NCBI GenBank assembly: GCA_016867855.1
Contig: VGIO01000001.1
Span: forward strand, 1 to 52,141
DNA: 52,141 nt
Source of the DNA: Calditrichota bacterium
GTDB taxonomy: Bacteria; Electryoneota; AABM5-125-24; Hatepunaeales; Hatepunaeaceae
Direction: 5' to 3'
Shown here: positions 9,785 through 18,715 of the stretch, in pieces
Numbering within the stretch: position 1 is the stretch's first letter
Layout: every line of letters begins with the position of its first letter
Program-made: the position numbers and the translations under genes
The notes under the pieces: generated by a model
Database searches by the model: none
Told to the model about the DNA's origin: nothing
What the model saw: the letters and a program-made list of their open reading frames with translations, nothing else

Positions 9785-9830
9785 GTAACTTTAGACATAC
9801 ATCCTTGGCGTAGTTAGGTTTGGGCTTTGG

Positions 9831-10141
9831 GCTTTACAGACAGTCCGAGAATGCGAAAATATCCGCCATCAACCGCCGCGGTCGACGGCAGAACATTGTC
9901 CATTAGATACTTCTTCAACCGACTACGGCGAGTCGGCAGCGGAAAAACTCATTCTCATACTAATTCGCATTCAAACGAATATGAATGTTCTGTATCAACA
10001 GCAGATTTAACGGATGAAGCAGATGATTAAAGCATTATTTCTGCTAAATCTGCTTTATCTGCTGTTAATTATAGACGGGCAACTAATCGAGATTATTAGC
10101 ATATAATCGAATGCCATTTGGTATCAGACAGTCTGTAAAGC
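9831..10141. repeat. MITE-like 311-bp non-coding element with 15-bp terminal inverted repeats (GCTTTACAGACAGTC / GACAGTCTGTAAAGC, 14 of 15) and an internal hairpin of phased 9-mers (about 9998-10066)
   Basis: Read directly. It ends 6 nt before tRNA-Val. It contains only the implausible 67-aa ORF. Confidence 0.45.
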
Positions 10142-10147
10142 CTACGC

Positions 10148-10222
10148 GGGCGATTAGCTCAGTTGGTCCAGAGCGCCTGCCTTACAAGCAGGAGGTCGTT
10201 GGTTCGAACCCAATATCGCCCA
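10148..10222 (+). tRNA. tRNA-Val (anticodon TAC)
   Basis: 75-nt cloverleaf folded by hand. Acceptor GGGCGAT/ATCGCCC, D stem GCTC/GAGC, anticodon stem CCTGC/GCAGG with loop CTTACAA, T arm GTTGG-TTCGAAC-CCAAT. No encoded CCA. Confidence 0.95.
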
Positions 10223-10226
10223 CGGC

Positions 10227-10265
10227 AAGTTGCGGCAGGTTAAAAGACCTGCCTCAACTTTTTTA
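10227..10265 (+). terminator. Rho-independent terminator after tRNA-Val
   Basis: 14-bp stem AAGTTGCGGCAGGT / ACCTGCCTCAACTT (13 of 14 paired), 6-nt loop, followed by a T6 run. Confidence 0.8.
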
Positions 10266-10605
10266 TAGTATTGACGCCGTGCGGTATCTCATCATCGATC
10301 CGCGCTAGACAATTCACAACGGATGGACAGATTAACGGCTGAGGATTGCCGAATGACCGCTTTATTTGTTTGAACTATTGTGCTTCTTTTTTAATTGTTC
10401 AATAATTTAACAATCTTTTCAATCTATCTAATAATCGAGCTGTCCTTAAGTCACGGTTTTCGGAATAATAATCGTAATATATTATGAATACGCTATATAG
10501 AAAATACATATCGGCTACGGCGACTAATGGTTCCAAGCTGTTAATAAATATTATTTAAAATCTGTCAAAAATTTAACGGAATATGTAAAATATTTCTCAA
10601 AGATC

Positions 10606-10634
10606 TTGACAAATGCTGTGAGCCGATATATCTT
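10606..10634 (+). promoter_or_regulatory. Candidate sigma70-type promoter for sat (TTGACA, 17-nt spacer, TATCTT)
   Basis: Perfect -35 hexamer with 17-nt spacing to a weak -10. The host promoter consensus is unknown. Confidence 0.3.
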
Positions 10635-10728
10635 ATACTCGCCTCGGAAAAGGATGCTTGTTCGACGGTATAAATGAATTTAAGCCTAAATAATCCCTAA
10701 ATTTAGCGTCATATTTTTTTAATAAAGA

Positions 10729-10746
10729 TTGTGAATTAATAAACAA
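10729..10746 (+). promoter_or_regulatory. Rex-like operator TTGTGAA-TTAA-TAAACAA upstream of sat
   Basis: 12 of 14 defined positions of the Rex consensus TTGTGAAnnnnTTCACAA. Lies 28 nt upstream of the sat start. Confidence 0.35.
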
Positions 10747-10773
10747 ACTATATAACCAGAGGTTAAATACCCA

Positions 10774-12018
10774 ATGGCCAAAGAAACACTGATAAGTCCG
10801 CACGGTTCAAAGACGTTGCGTCCCTTGCTATTAGTAGGCAAGGAACTCGCCGACGAGAAGAAACGCGCGGCTAAAATGCCGCAGTATAAAATCAGTTCGC
10901 GCGAGGTCGGCGACCTGATAATGCTTGGCATCGGCGGTTTCACCCCGCTGGAAGGTTTTATGACGTATGACGACTGGAAGGGCGTCTGCGTCAATATGAA
11001 AACGGCTTCCGGGCTATTCTGGCCCATCCCCATCACGGTCTCGGTGGACAAAGCCTTCGCCAATAAAATCAAGGCAGGCAAAGAGATTGCGCTTGTCAAC
11101 GAGGAAGACGGCGACTTGATGGCTACGATGACCGTAACCGATAAGTATTCCATCGACAAAGATTATGAATGCAAAGAGGTCTTTAAAACGACCGACCCGG
11201 AACATCCTGGTGTGCAGATGGTGATGGCGCAGAAGGAAATCAACCTCGGAGGTCCGGTCAGGGTTCTTTCCGAAAGCGCTTTTCCGGTCGAATTCAAAGG
11301 TCTCTATCAGCGTCCGGCTGAGAGCCGCGCGATCTTCCAGGAGCGCGGCTGGAAGACCATCGCCGCCCTCCAACTTCGCAATCCTATGCACCGCTCTCAC
11401 GAATACCTCGCCAAGATTGCCATCGAAATTGTGGATGGTCTTTATATCCATCAATTAGTTGGGAAACTGAAGCCCGGCGATATCCCGGCTGATGTGCGCG
11501 TCAAGTGTATCAATGCGCTGGTCGATGGCTATTTCGTGAAATCGTCGGTGCTGATGGGCGGCTACCCGCTCGATATGCGCTATGCCGGTCCACGCGAAGC
11601 GTTGCTGCACGCTGTCTTCCGCCAAAATTTCGGTTGCACGCACCTCATCGTCGGCCGTGATCACGCCGGTGTCGGCAACTACTATGGACCTTTCGACGCG
11701 CAGAAGATTTTCGACGAAATCCCGAAAGGCGCGCTGAAAATCGGTATTCTGCCTATCGACTGGACATTTTTCTGCTATAAGTGCGCCGGGATGGTCTCGA
11801 TGAAAACCTGCCCGCATGGCAAGGAAGACCGCCTGTTTTTGTCCGGCACGGCTTTGCGCAAAGGATTGTCCGAAGGCGCGCCAATTCCAGCCGAATTCAG
11901 CCGGCCCGAGGTGCTGGAAATCCTGCGCGACTATTACGCCGGGCTTGATAAGAAGGTCGAAATCAAGATGCACCAATACGCTACCGGCGAAGTCAAGAAG
12001 CCGGAAGCCAGAGCCTGA
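10774..12018 (+). CDS. sat: Sulfate adenylyltransferase (ATP sulfurylase)
   Basis: 414 aa. Motifs [11 protein letters not shown] and GRDHAGVG, with overall Sat architecture. Confidence 0.95.
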   Translation: MAKETLISPHGSKTLRPLLLVGKELADEKKRAAKMPQYKISSREVGDLIMLGIGGFTPLEGFMTYDDWKGVCVNMKTASGLFWPIPITVSVDKAFANKIKAGKEIALVNEEDGDLMATMTVTDKYSIDKDYECKEVFKTTDPEHPGVQMVMAQKEINLGGPVRVLSESAFPVEFKGLYQRPAESRAIFQERGWKTIAALQLRNPMHRSHEYLAKIAIEIVDGLYIHQLVGKLKPGDIPADVRVKCINALVDGYFVKSSVLMGGYPLDMRYAGPREALLHAVFRQNFGCTHLIVGRDHAGVGNYYGPFDAQKIFDEIPKGALKIGILPIDWTFFCYKCAGMVSMKTCPHGKEDRLFLSGTALRKGLSEGAPIPAEFSRPEVLEILRDYYAGLDKKVEIKMHQYATGEVKKPEARA

Positions 12019-12271
12019 TGGGTTTTAGGCTTTGGCTTTAGATAATGATTAATACTAATTCAGTATTTATGGGTCGATTAGTGTTAGTCATTAAATAACT
12101 TATACTTAGGCTAAAATAAATGGTTTCTCGCCAAAGTCAAAAACCTAAAGCCCAAAGTCTACAGCCAAAAGCCAAAAATCAACAACCTGCGCTGAGCGAG
12201 GATTGTTAAGAAAGAAAATTCAGCAATGAATAATTAATCCACCCCCAATCAAATCGCAATGGGAGAAAACG

Positions 12272-12715
12272 ATGCCAAGTTATGTCATCAATGACAAGTG
12301 CGATGGGTGCAAGGCGCTGGACAAGACTGCTTGCCAGCATATTTGCCCCAACGACTTGATGGTCTTGAACAAAGAGACCATGAAGGCTTATAATCGCGAG
12401 CCGGAGATGTGCTGGGAGTGCTACAACTGCGTAAAGATTTGCCCTCAGCAAGCCGTCGAAGTTCGCGGTTATGCCGACTTTGTGCCGTTGGGCGCGACGG
12501 TTTCGCCGCTGCGCTCGACGGATTCGATTATGTGGACCGTCAAATTCCGCAACGGGTTGCTCAAGCGGTTTAAGTTCCCCATCCGGACGACCGCGGAAGG
12601 CACAGCCGTTCCCGATGGCGGATGGCCGACGGCCGGCGACGACCTTAAGAGCCCGGTGCTGTTCACCGAACCGGCCTCGCTTGGGTTGCCCGAAGTATTA
12701 ACCCTTAAAAAGTGA
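12272..12715 (+). CDS. aprB: Adenylylsulfate (APS) reductase beta subunit
   Basis: 147 aa. MPSYVINDKCDGCK..CQHICPNDLM..CWECYNCVKICPQQA ferredoxin core plus the AprB tail. Confidence 0.95.
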   Translation: MPSYVINDKCDGCKALDKTACQHICPNDLMVLNKETMKAYNREPEMCWECYNCVKICPQQAVEVRGYADFVPLGATVSPLRSTDSIMWTVKFRNGLLKRFKFPIRTTAEGTAVPDGGWPTAGDDLKSPVLFTEPASLGLPEVLTLKK

Positions 12716-12725
12716 GGTAAATCCA

Positions 12726-14606
12726 ATGGCTAACTTTGAAACTGTAACCGTCAAGACCGACCTGCTAATCGTCGGCGGCGGAATGGCAGCCTGCGGCGCG
12801 GCGGTCGAAGCCGCCTATTGGGCTAAAAAACACGGACTAAAAGTCGCCTTAGTCGACAAAGCCGCGATGGACCGCTCCGGCGCCGTGGCAATGGGTCTCT
12901 CCGCCATCAACCAGTATGTCGGTCTGAAGGACGGCGAGAACACCCTCACCGACTATGTCAACTATGTCCGTAACGATCTGATGGGCATCACCCGCGAAGA
13001 CCTCGTGGCGAATATTGCCCGTCATGTGGACTCCACCGTCCATCTGTTCGAAAAATGGGGTCTTCCGATATGGAAGGATGCCGAAGGCAAATATGTTCAC
13101 GAAGGCCGCTGGCAGTTGATGATCAACGGCGAATCTTATAAGGTCGTCGTGGCTGAAGCCGCCAAGAATGCCCTTGGAATGGAAAACATATACGAGCGCA
13201 TCTTCATCGTCGGACCGATTATGGATGGCGATAAGTGTATTGGCGCTGTCGGCTTCTCGGTTCGCGAGAACAAATTCTATGTCTTCCTTGCCAAAGCAGT
13301 ATTAGTAGCAATGGGCGGGGCGGTGCATGTGTTCAAGCCGCGTTCGGCTGGCGAAGGTCTCGGCCGCGCCTGGTATCCGCCGTGGAACTCCGGCTCTTCC
13401 TGCTATTTCACCCTGAAAGCCGGTTGTGAGATGACCTGTCAGGAAGTCCGCTTCATCCCGGTGCGCTTCAAGGACGCCTACGGTCCGGTCGGCGCCTGGT
13501 TCCTGCTGTTCAAATCCCGCGCTACCAACGGAGTAGGCGAAGACTATATGGTTACCCGCAAGCCGGAACTCGACAAATGGACACCTTATGGGCATGTCAA
13601 GCCGGTGCCGGCTAACTTGCGCAACTGGCTGATGCTGCTGGATGTCAAGGACGGCAAAGGTCCCATTTTTATGCGCACGGAAGAGGCGATTGGTAAACTC
13701 TCGGCCGCTGCCGCTGACGAGAAAGAGCGCAAGAAGAAGTTGAAGGAACTTGAGTCCGAAGCCTGGGAAGACTTCTTGGATATGACCATTTCGCAGGCGC
13801 TGCTGTGGGCTTCGACGAATGTCGCGCCTGAAGAGCGCGCTTCTGAAATCGCCGCCGCCGAGCCTTATTTCATCGGCTCGCACTCCGGCGCATCCGGCGC
13901 CTGGGTCTCCGGTCCAGAAGACTTGCAGACCTCGCAGACGAAGAACGAATACTTCTGGGGTTATGCCCATATGGCGACCGTTCCCGGTATCTTCTGCGCC
14001 GGCGATGCTTCAGGCGCTTCCTCGCATAAGTTCTCTTCAGGGTCGCACGCCGAAGGCCGCATCTGTGCCAAAGCCGCCATCGCTTACATTGTGGACCACA
14101 ATGTCGAGCCGAAGGTGGACAATGCGAAAATCGAAGCGATGAAAGCCGAAATCCTGAAGCCGCTCGATACCTTCGCAGAGCATAGCAAGTTAACCAGTGA
14201 TGCCGGCATCAATCCTAACTACATCCGTCCGAAGATGTTTATGTTCCGTCTGCAGAAGTTGATGGACGAATATGCGGGCGGCGTCTCGACAGCCTTCACG
14301 ACCTCCAAAGCCAACCTCGAAAAAGGTCTTGAACTGTTGAACTATCTGAAAGAGGATTCAGATAAACTCGGCGCCGAAGACTTGCACGAACTGATGCGCT
14401 GCTGGGAGAACATCCACCGGATGTGGCAGGCTGAAGCCCATGTCCGCACCATTCTCTTCCGCGAAGAGACTCGTTGGCCTGGCTATTACTTTCGCGCCGA
14501 CCTGCCTTCGATGAAAGACGAGTGGAAGGTATTCGCCAATTGCCGTTGGAATCCCGCCACCGGCGAATGGACGATGCTCAAGCGGCCGATTTATCAGATA
14601 TTCTAA
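12726..14606 (+). CDS. aprA: Adenylylsulfate (APS) reductase alpha subunit
   Basis: 626 aa. FAD fold LLIVGGGMAACGAA. AprA-typical sequence throughout. Starts 10 nt after aprB. Confidence 0.95.
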   Translation: MANFETVTVKTDLLIVGGGMAACGAAVEAAYWAKKHGLKVALVDKAAMDRSGAVAMGLSAINQYVGLKDGENTLTDYVNYVRNDLMGITREDLVANIARHVDSTVHLFEKWGLPIWKDAEGKYVHEGRWQLMINGESYKVVVAEAAKNALGMENIYERIFIVGPIMDGDKCIGAVGFSVRENKFYVFLAKAVLVAMGGAVHVFKPRSAGEGLGRAWYPPWNSGSSCYFTLKAGCEMTCQEVRFIPVRFKDAYGPVGAWFLLFKSRATNGVGEDYMVTRKPELDKWTPYGHVKPVPANLRNWLMLLDVKDGKGPIFMRTEEAIGKLSAAAADEKERKKKLKELESEAWEDFLDMTISQALLWASTNVAPEERASEIAAAEPYFIGSHSGASGAWVSGPEDLQTSQTKNEYFWGYAHMATVPGIFCAGDASGASSHKFSSGSHAEGRICAKAAIAYIVDHNVEPKVDNAKIEAMKAEILKPLDTFAEHSKLTSDAGINPNYIRPKMFMFRLQKLMDEYAGGVSTAFTTSKANLEKGLELLNYLKEDSDKLGAEDLHELMRCWENIHRMWQAEAHVRTILFREETRWPGYYFRADLPSMKDEWKVFANCRWNPATGEWTMLKRPIYQIF

Positions 14607-14624
14607 AGGAATATCTTTGTTCCT

Positions 14625-14662
14625 GCTATCGCTGTCAACCCTTTGTGGTTGACAGCGATAGC
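14625..14662. repeat. REP-like hairpin of the GCTGTCAACC..GGTTGACAGC family (16-bp perfect stem)
   Basis: GCTATCGCTGTCAACC-CTTTGT-GGTTGACAGCGATAGC, 19 nt after the aprA stop. Confidence 0.9.
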
Positions 14663-14753
14663 GCAATTTAATTGGACATAGTTGACTGAGTGGACATATT
14701 GGAAAATACGAACGCTGTTTGGCTCACAGTCCAATTTTCAGCGGCATAAGAAT

Positions 14754-15029
14754 ATGAATCCTGAAGCCTCCGATATACCGCATTGTCCGCACTGCTTCAA
14801 ACGACTGGCGAAGATGTCCGTCCCGCCCGACGGCGGCTACGACAGCGAGTTCCTCTATGTCTGCTTCAACGACGATTGTCCCTACTACATTCAGGGCTGG
14901 GACTGGATGTTCAGGCAGTATTATGTGCGCGCCTCTTATCGTTACCGCCTCAATCCGCTGACTGGCGGCGAAGGTCCGATAGCGGTTTGGTCGCCGGCCG
15001 CGATGAAAGACCGGATATTATTGGATTAA
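14754..15029 (+). CDS. Small C4 zinc-ribbon protein of unknown function
   Basis: CPHC..(22 aa)..CFNDDC. ATG at 14754 is preferred, because the longer ORF-track start (TTG 14682) lies in a 9-bp repeat block. Confidence 0.55.
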   Translation: MNPEASDIPHCPHCFKRLAKMSVPPDGGYDSEFLYVCFNDDCPYYIQGWDWMFRQYYVRASYRYRLNPLTGGEGPIAVWSPAAMKDRILLD

Positions 15030-15038
15030 GCGGCAGAG

Positions 15039-15869
15039 ATGGATTCACTCGCTAACTTAAAACAAACCATCCTTAAGGACTATCCCCGTTTAAGCGAGCA
15101 GGATGGCTTCGCCTTCGAATGCGGCGCGCATTTGGAATGCTTTAATGTCTGCTGCGCGGATGTGAATATCTTCCTGACGCCATACGATGTGCTGCGGATG
15201 CGGAAGGCAGTCGGATTAGGCTCGGGCGAATTCCTCGCCCGATACACCCTCGTGCCGTTCGATAAATCGCAGCATCTGCCCACACCGCTGCTTAAGATGA
15301 GCGAGACGGAGGGCAAAGCCTGCTATTTTGTGGATGCGTTTAAAGGCTGCACGATTTACAGTCATCGGCCTTGGCCCTGCCGTATGTATCCGTTAGGGTC
15401 GGCATCGCCGGGCGAGACCGAAAAGGACGCCGATCGGCTGTTCTATTTTATGATGCGCGAAGAGTTCTGCCAAGGGCACGGCTGCCCGCATATCTGGACG
15501 GTTGCCGAATGGCTGGAAGACCAAGGCGTCGCCAAATACGCTGAATTCGGCGAGATGTTCAAGGGCATCACCCTGCATCCAGCCTTCAGCAAGGGCTATC
15601 AACTCTCGCCGCAGCAGATTGAGATGTATTGGATCGCGTTGTTCGATCTCGACAAATTCCGTGGTTTTATATTCAGTTCCAGTTTTTTAAAGCGGTTCGA
15701 AATCCCGGCGGATTTTATCGAACTGCTTCGCATCGACGACGAGGCGCTTTTGAAATTCGGCTTCAGCTGGACGGCGCTGGCGCTGTTTGGCGACAAGACG
15801 CTCAATGTGCGCCCCGAGGCGGTTAAAATGCAGCCTCAATTTAATAATAAGAAAAGCAGCCGTGTCTAA
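15039..15869 (+). CDS. YkgJ/UPF0153-family cysteine-cluster (Zn- or Fe-chelating) protein
   Basis: 276 aa. ECGAHLECFNVCC and CYFVDAFKGCTIYSHRPWPCRMYP match the CxxCxxCC-family pattern. Confidence 0.6.
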   Translation: MDSLANLKQTILKDYPRLSEQDGFAFECGAHLECFNVCCADVNIFLTPYDVLRMRKAVGLGSGEFLARYTLVPFDKSQHLPTPLLKMSETEGKACYFVDAFKGCTIYSHRPWPCRMYPLGSASPGETEKDADRLFYFMMREEFCQGHGCPHIWTVAEWLEDQGVAKYAEFGEMFKGITLHPAFSKGYQLSPQQIEMYWIALFDLDKFRGFIFSSSFLKRFEIPADFIELLRIDDEALLKFGFSWTALALFGDKTLNVRPEAVKMQPQFNNKKSSRV

Positions 15870-15950
15870 GTGATTTTTACTGTATGCCGCGGTTAGTCTG
15901 CAGCGGGAATAGTAACCGACACTTAGCGGTAGCAGGATAAAGACCATTTC

Positions 15951-15976
15951 GCTGTCAATCACAGCGGATTGACAGC
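15951..15976. repeat. REP-like hairpin GCTGTCAATC-ACAGCG-GATTGACAGC
   Basis: Same family as 14625, 6092, 6224, 37430 and 37471. Confidence 0.85.
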
Positions 15977-16026
15977 CAGAGATAAGCCGCCATCGCCCGG
16001 CTGAGGTCGATGGCTATTATATTTCA

Positions 16027-16045
16027 TCAGATATAGAATATCTGA
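16027..16045. promoter_or_regulatory. Perfect palindrome TCAGATAT-AGA-ATATCTGA upstream of qmoC
   Basis: 8-bp arms with a 3-bp centre, 67 nt upstream of the qmoC start. Operator-like geometry. Confidence 0.3.
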
Positions 16046-16111
16046 TATAAAACAAACTTTAGTCAATTTGCTGCGGACCACCACAGGTCGGCAGCGGCAG
16101 GATTATCAGCA

Positions 16112-17248
16112 ATGTCTGATGTCAAGTTGCTGAAACCGGACAGCGATTTTCAACGCCGTCTGCGGTCTGCAGGCGGCGATTCGTTAAATAAATGCTACCA
16201 ATGCGCGACCTGCGCGGCGGTGTGCAATCTGTCGCCTGAGGCGAAGCCATTTCCACGCAAGGAGATGCTCGCGGCCGGCTGGGGACTCAAAGACGATTTG
16301 ATGACCGACCCGGATGTCTGGCTCTGTTATCAGTGCAACGACTGCTCGGTGCGCTGCCCACGTGGCGCCAAACCGGGCGAAGTGATGGCTGCCGTGCGCA
16401 GTTATGCTTTCGAACATTTCGCCGTGCCGTCGTTTATGGGCCGGGCATTGAACAATCCAGCAGCGCTGCCGCTCCTGTTTTTAATTCCAATTTTGGTCAT
16501 TGGCGCGTTGCTGTTCATTCACACCGGTTTCGATTTTTCGCCTTTACACGCCGGCGATGTAGAATACCGGCTGTTCATTCCCCACGGCTATATCGAGATG
16601 CTGTTCATCAGCGGCAATGTCTTTATCTTCGCTTTAGCGGCGCTGGGACTACTGAAATATTACAACGGGATGCAGCGTGCTTGGGGGAGCGGGCAGATAG
16701 GTTTTATACGCGCGGTTTATGAGACAATTTTAGAGATTATCACGCACAACCGCTTCGAAAAGTGCGATACCAATCGCTACCGAAAACTGGCGCATTTTCT
16801 CATATTCTTTGGCTTTATGGGCGCGATGGCGACCGCCGGACTGGCGCTGATAGCGATGGTTGTATTTCATTACGGCCCGCCGATTGAGATGTCGCATCCT
16901 ATCAAGTGGCTGGGCAACGCCAGCGGCATCGCGATGGTGGTAGGCTTGACGATTGTCATCGTCCAGCGCGGCGGCAATGCCGAACGTGCTGGAAAGCCAA
17001 ATTACAGCCATTGGCTCTTCATCTGGATGACCCTGTCGGTTGCTGCAACCGGTCTGCTGACGCAAATTATGCGGCTTATTAATGAACCGGTTTTAGCCTA
17101 TCCGATGTATTTCGTGCATTTAGTCGCGGTCTTTTTCCTACTATGGTATGCGCCTTACAGCCAGCTCGGACATATGTTTTACCGCACGATTGCGCTGGTC
17201 TATGCGCGCAGCATCGACCGGCAGCCGCGCGCCTTGAAAGCAGCGTAG
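16112..17248 (+). CDS. qmoC: Quinone-interacting membrane-bound oxidoreductase subunit C (HdrC-like 2x[4Fe-4S] N-terminus fused to an HdrE/NarI-like haem b membrane domain)
   Basis: 378 aa. Motifs CYQCATCAAVCNL and CYQCNDCSVRCPRG, followed by about six TM helices. Confidence 0.85.
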   Translation: MSDVKLLKPDSDFQRRLRSAGGDSLNKCYQCATCAAVCNLSPEAKPFPRKEMLAAGWGLKDDLMTDPDVWLCYQCNDCSVRCPRGAKPGEVMAAVRSYAFEHFAVPSFMGRALNNPAALPLLFLIPILVIGALLFIHTGFDFSPLHAGDVEYRLFIPHGYIEMLFISGNVFIFALAALGLLKYYNGMQRAWGSGQIGFIRAVYETILEIITHNRFEKCDTNRYRKLAHFLIFFGFMGAMATAGLALIAMVVFHYGPPIEMSHPIKWLGNASGIAMVVGLTIVIVQRGGNAERAGKPNYSHWLFIWMTLSVAATGLLTQIMRLINEPVLAYPMYFVHLVAVFFLLWYAPYSQLGHMFYRTIALVYARSIDRQPRALKAA

Positions 17249-17285
17249 GTTAAACACAGAGGCACAGAAGGCACAAAGTTATTAA

Positions 17286-17394
17286 GGGGTGCGGATTATA
17301 GCGATTTTTTTAATTGAATTATGGGCGATGACAAGTATCGCCCGTACGGGCGAACCTCGTGTTCGCCCTTAAAAATACCACTATAAACTACCCC
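17286..17394. repeat. Compound palindromic element between qmoC and qmoA. Hairpins GGGCGAT-GACAAGT-ATCGCCC (17323-17343) and GGGCGAAC-CTCGT-GTTCGCCC (17348-17368) sit inside an outer GGGGT..ACCCC stem.
   Basis: Read directly. Confidence 0.75.
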
Positions 17395-17443
17395 CATTAA
17401 TAATAATTTTTTATCCTTATTGTCCATTTTTAATTTTCAATAA

Positions 17444-18715
17444 ATGACCCCAACAAAATCTAAAACTCTCGAATGCGACCTGATGGTCATTGGCGGAGGG
17501 ATTGCAGGTATAACCGCTGCCGTCGAAGCCGCCGAGATGGGCAGGTCGGTCATGTTAGTCGAGAAGGAACATTACCTTGGCGGGCAAGTCGCCCGAATGC
17601 ACCGCTATTTCCCCAAGTTGTGTCCGCCGCTCTGCGGGATGGAAATCAACTTCCGCCGTATTAAGAATAATACTCTTATTACGGCGCTTACCGGCGCTGC
17701 GCCGGCGAAAATCGCCAGCGCAGGTTCAGGCTATCAAGTTGAGGTTATGGTCGAGCCGCGCTTTGTAACCGAAGCCTGCACGGCTTGCGGCGACTGTGAA
17801 AAAGTCTGCACGGTCGAAGCCCCGGATGCGTTCAATATGGGTCTAACTAGAGCCAAAGCCATCCGCCTGCCTTATGAAATGGCATATCCTTACCGCTATT
17901 ATGTCGATAAATCCGCCGTTCAGCATCCGTCGCTGCAGGCAGCTGCTAAAATCTGCCCGGCACAAGCCATCGACCTGTCGATGCAGCCGCTTTTAACGAC
18001 TGTTAAAACCAAAGCGGTGGTATGGGCTGCCGGCTGGCAATCTTACGACGCTGCCAAACTGCCCGAGTTGGGCTTCGATGTGCTGCTAAATGTGGTAACG
18101 AACCTGCAATTTGAGCGCATTGCCGCCAATGCTATTTTAGCGAATAATAAAATCGTCCGGCCGTCGGACGGCGCGCCGCTGGCCTCGGTCGCCTTTGTGC
18201 AGTGCGCCGGATCGCGCGACGACAACCACCTGCCCTATTGCTCCGCCGTCTGCTGTATGGCGTCGCTCAAGCAGAGCCGTTACATCCGCGAGCAATATCC
18301 CGACGCCGAAATTCATATATTCTTCATAGATGCCCGCACGCCGGGACGCTGGGAAGATTTCTATGTAAATGTTCAAGACGACCCGAAAACGATTGTTCAC
18401 CGCGGTAAAGTCGGCAAAATCGAGGCAGCCGATAATTCAAATCTTACGATTATCGCTGAAAATACCTTGACCGGCAACCTTGAGCGCGTTACGGTCGGGA
18501 TGGCGATACTCGCCGTTGGAATGGAGCCGGTTAGAGGCGCTAAGGAACTTGGCTTGCCTTTGGCGTTCGACAAATACGGTTTTGCTTATAGAAACGGCGC
18601 GGCTAATGTGATGCCGGCGGGAGTCGCCGCCGGACCTAAAGATGTCGCTGCCAGCGTGCAGGAAGCCACCGGCTCTGTGGCGCTGGCGTTAAGCGCCATC
18701 GGGAGGAGTATATAA
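17444..18715 (+). CDS. qmoA: Qmo complex subunit A (HdrA-like flavoprotein)
   Basis: 423 aa. FAD fold DLMVIGGGIAGITAA, HdrA-like Cys motifs, TAATG overlap with qmoB. Confidence 0.85.
   Translation: MTPTKSKTLECDLMVIGGGIAGITAAVEAAEMGRSVMLVEKEHYLGGQVARMHRYFPKLCPPLCGMEINFRRIKNNTLITALTGAAPAKIASAGSGYQVEVMVEPRFVTEACTACGDCEKVCTVEAPDAFNMGLTRAKAIRLPYEMAYPYRYYVDKSAVQHPSLQAAAKICPAQAIDLSMQPLLTTVKTKAVVWAAGWQSYDAAKLPELGFDVLLNVVTNLQFERIAANAILANNKIVRPSDGAPLASVAFVQCAGSRDDNHLPYCSAVCCMASLKQSRYIREQYPDAEIHIFFIDARTPGRWEDFYVNVQDDPKTIVHRGKVGKIEAADNSNLTIIAENTLTGNLERVTVGMAILAVGMEPVRGAKELGLPLAFDKYGFAYRNGAANVMPAGVAAGPKDVAASVQEATGSVALALSAIGRSI

Noticed and set aside
9827-10308. ORFs 9827..10030 and 10111..10308
   Set aside because: The first lies wholly inside the MITE-like non-coding element. 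The second is a translation across tRNA-Val and its terminator.
10148-10773. tRNA-Val as a bona fide integration (att) site of the sulfur island
   Set aside because: I found no integrase or recombinase gene and no direct repeat of the tRNA 3' end at the far side of the cluster. This is kept only as a hypothesis within the supercluster finding, not annotated as a mobile element.
13302-13970. Long antisense ORFs inside aprA (222 aa). The same applies to those inside sat (11455..11976), dsrB (22701..23336), the Omp85-like gene (7825..8358), dsrL (25338..25844), dsrN (24715..25194) and recA (37634..38140).
   Set aside because: Each lies opposite a confidently identified gene. They are Arg/Gly/Ala-rich low-complexity translations typical of the reverse frames of GC-biased coding DNA, with no motifs.
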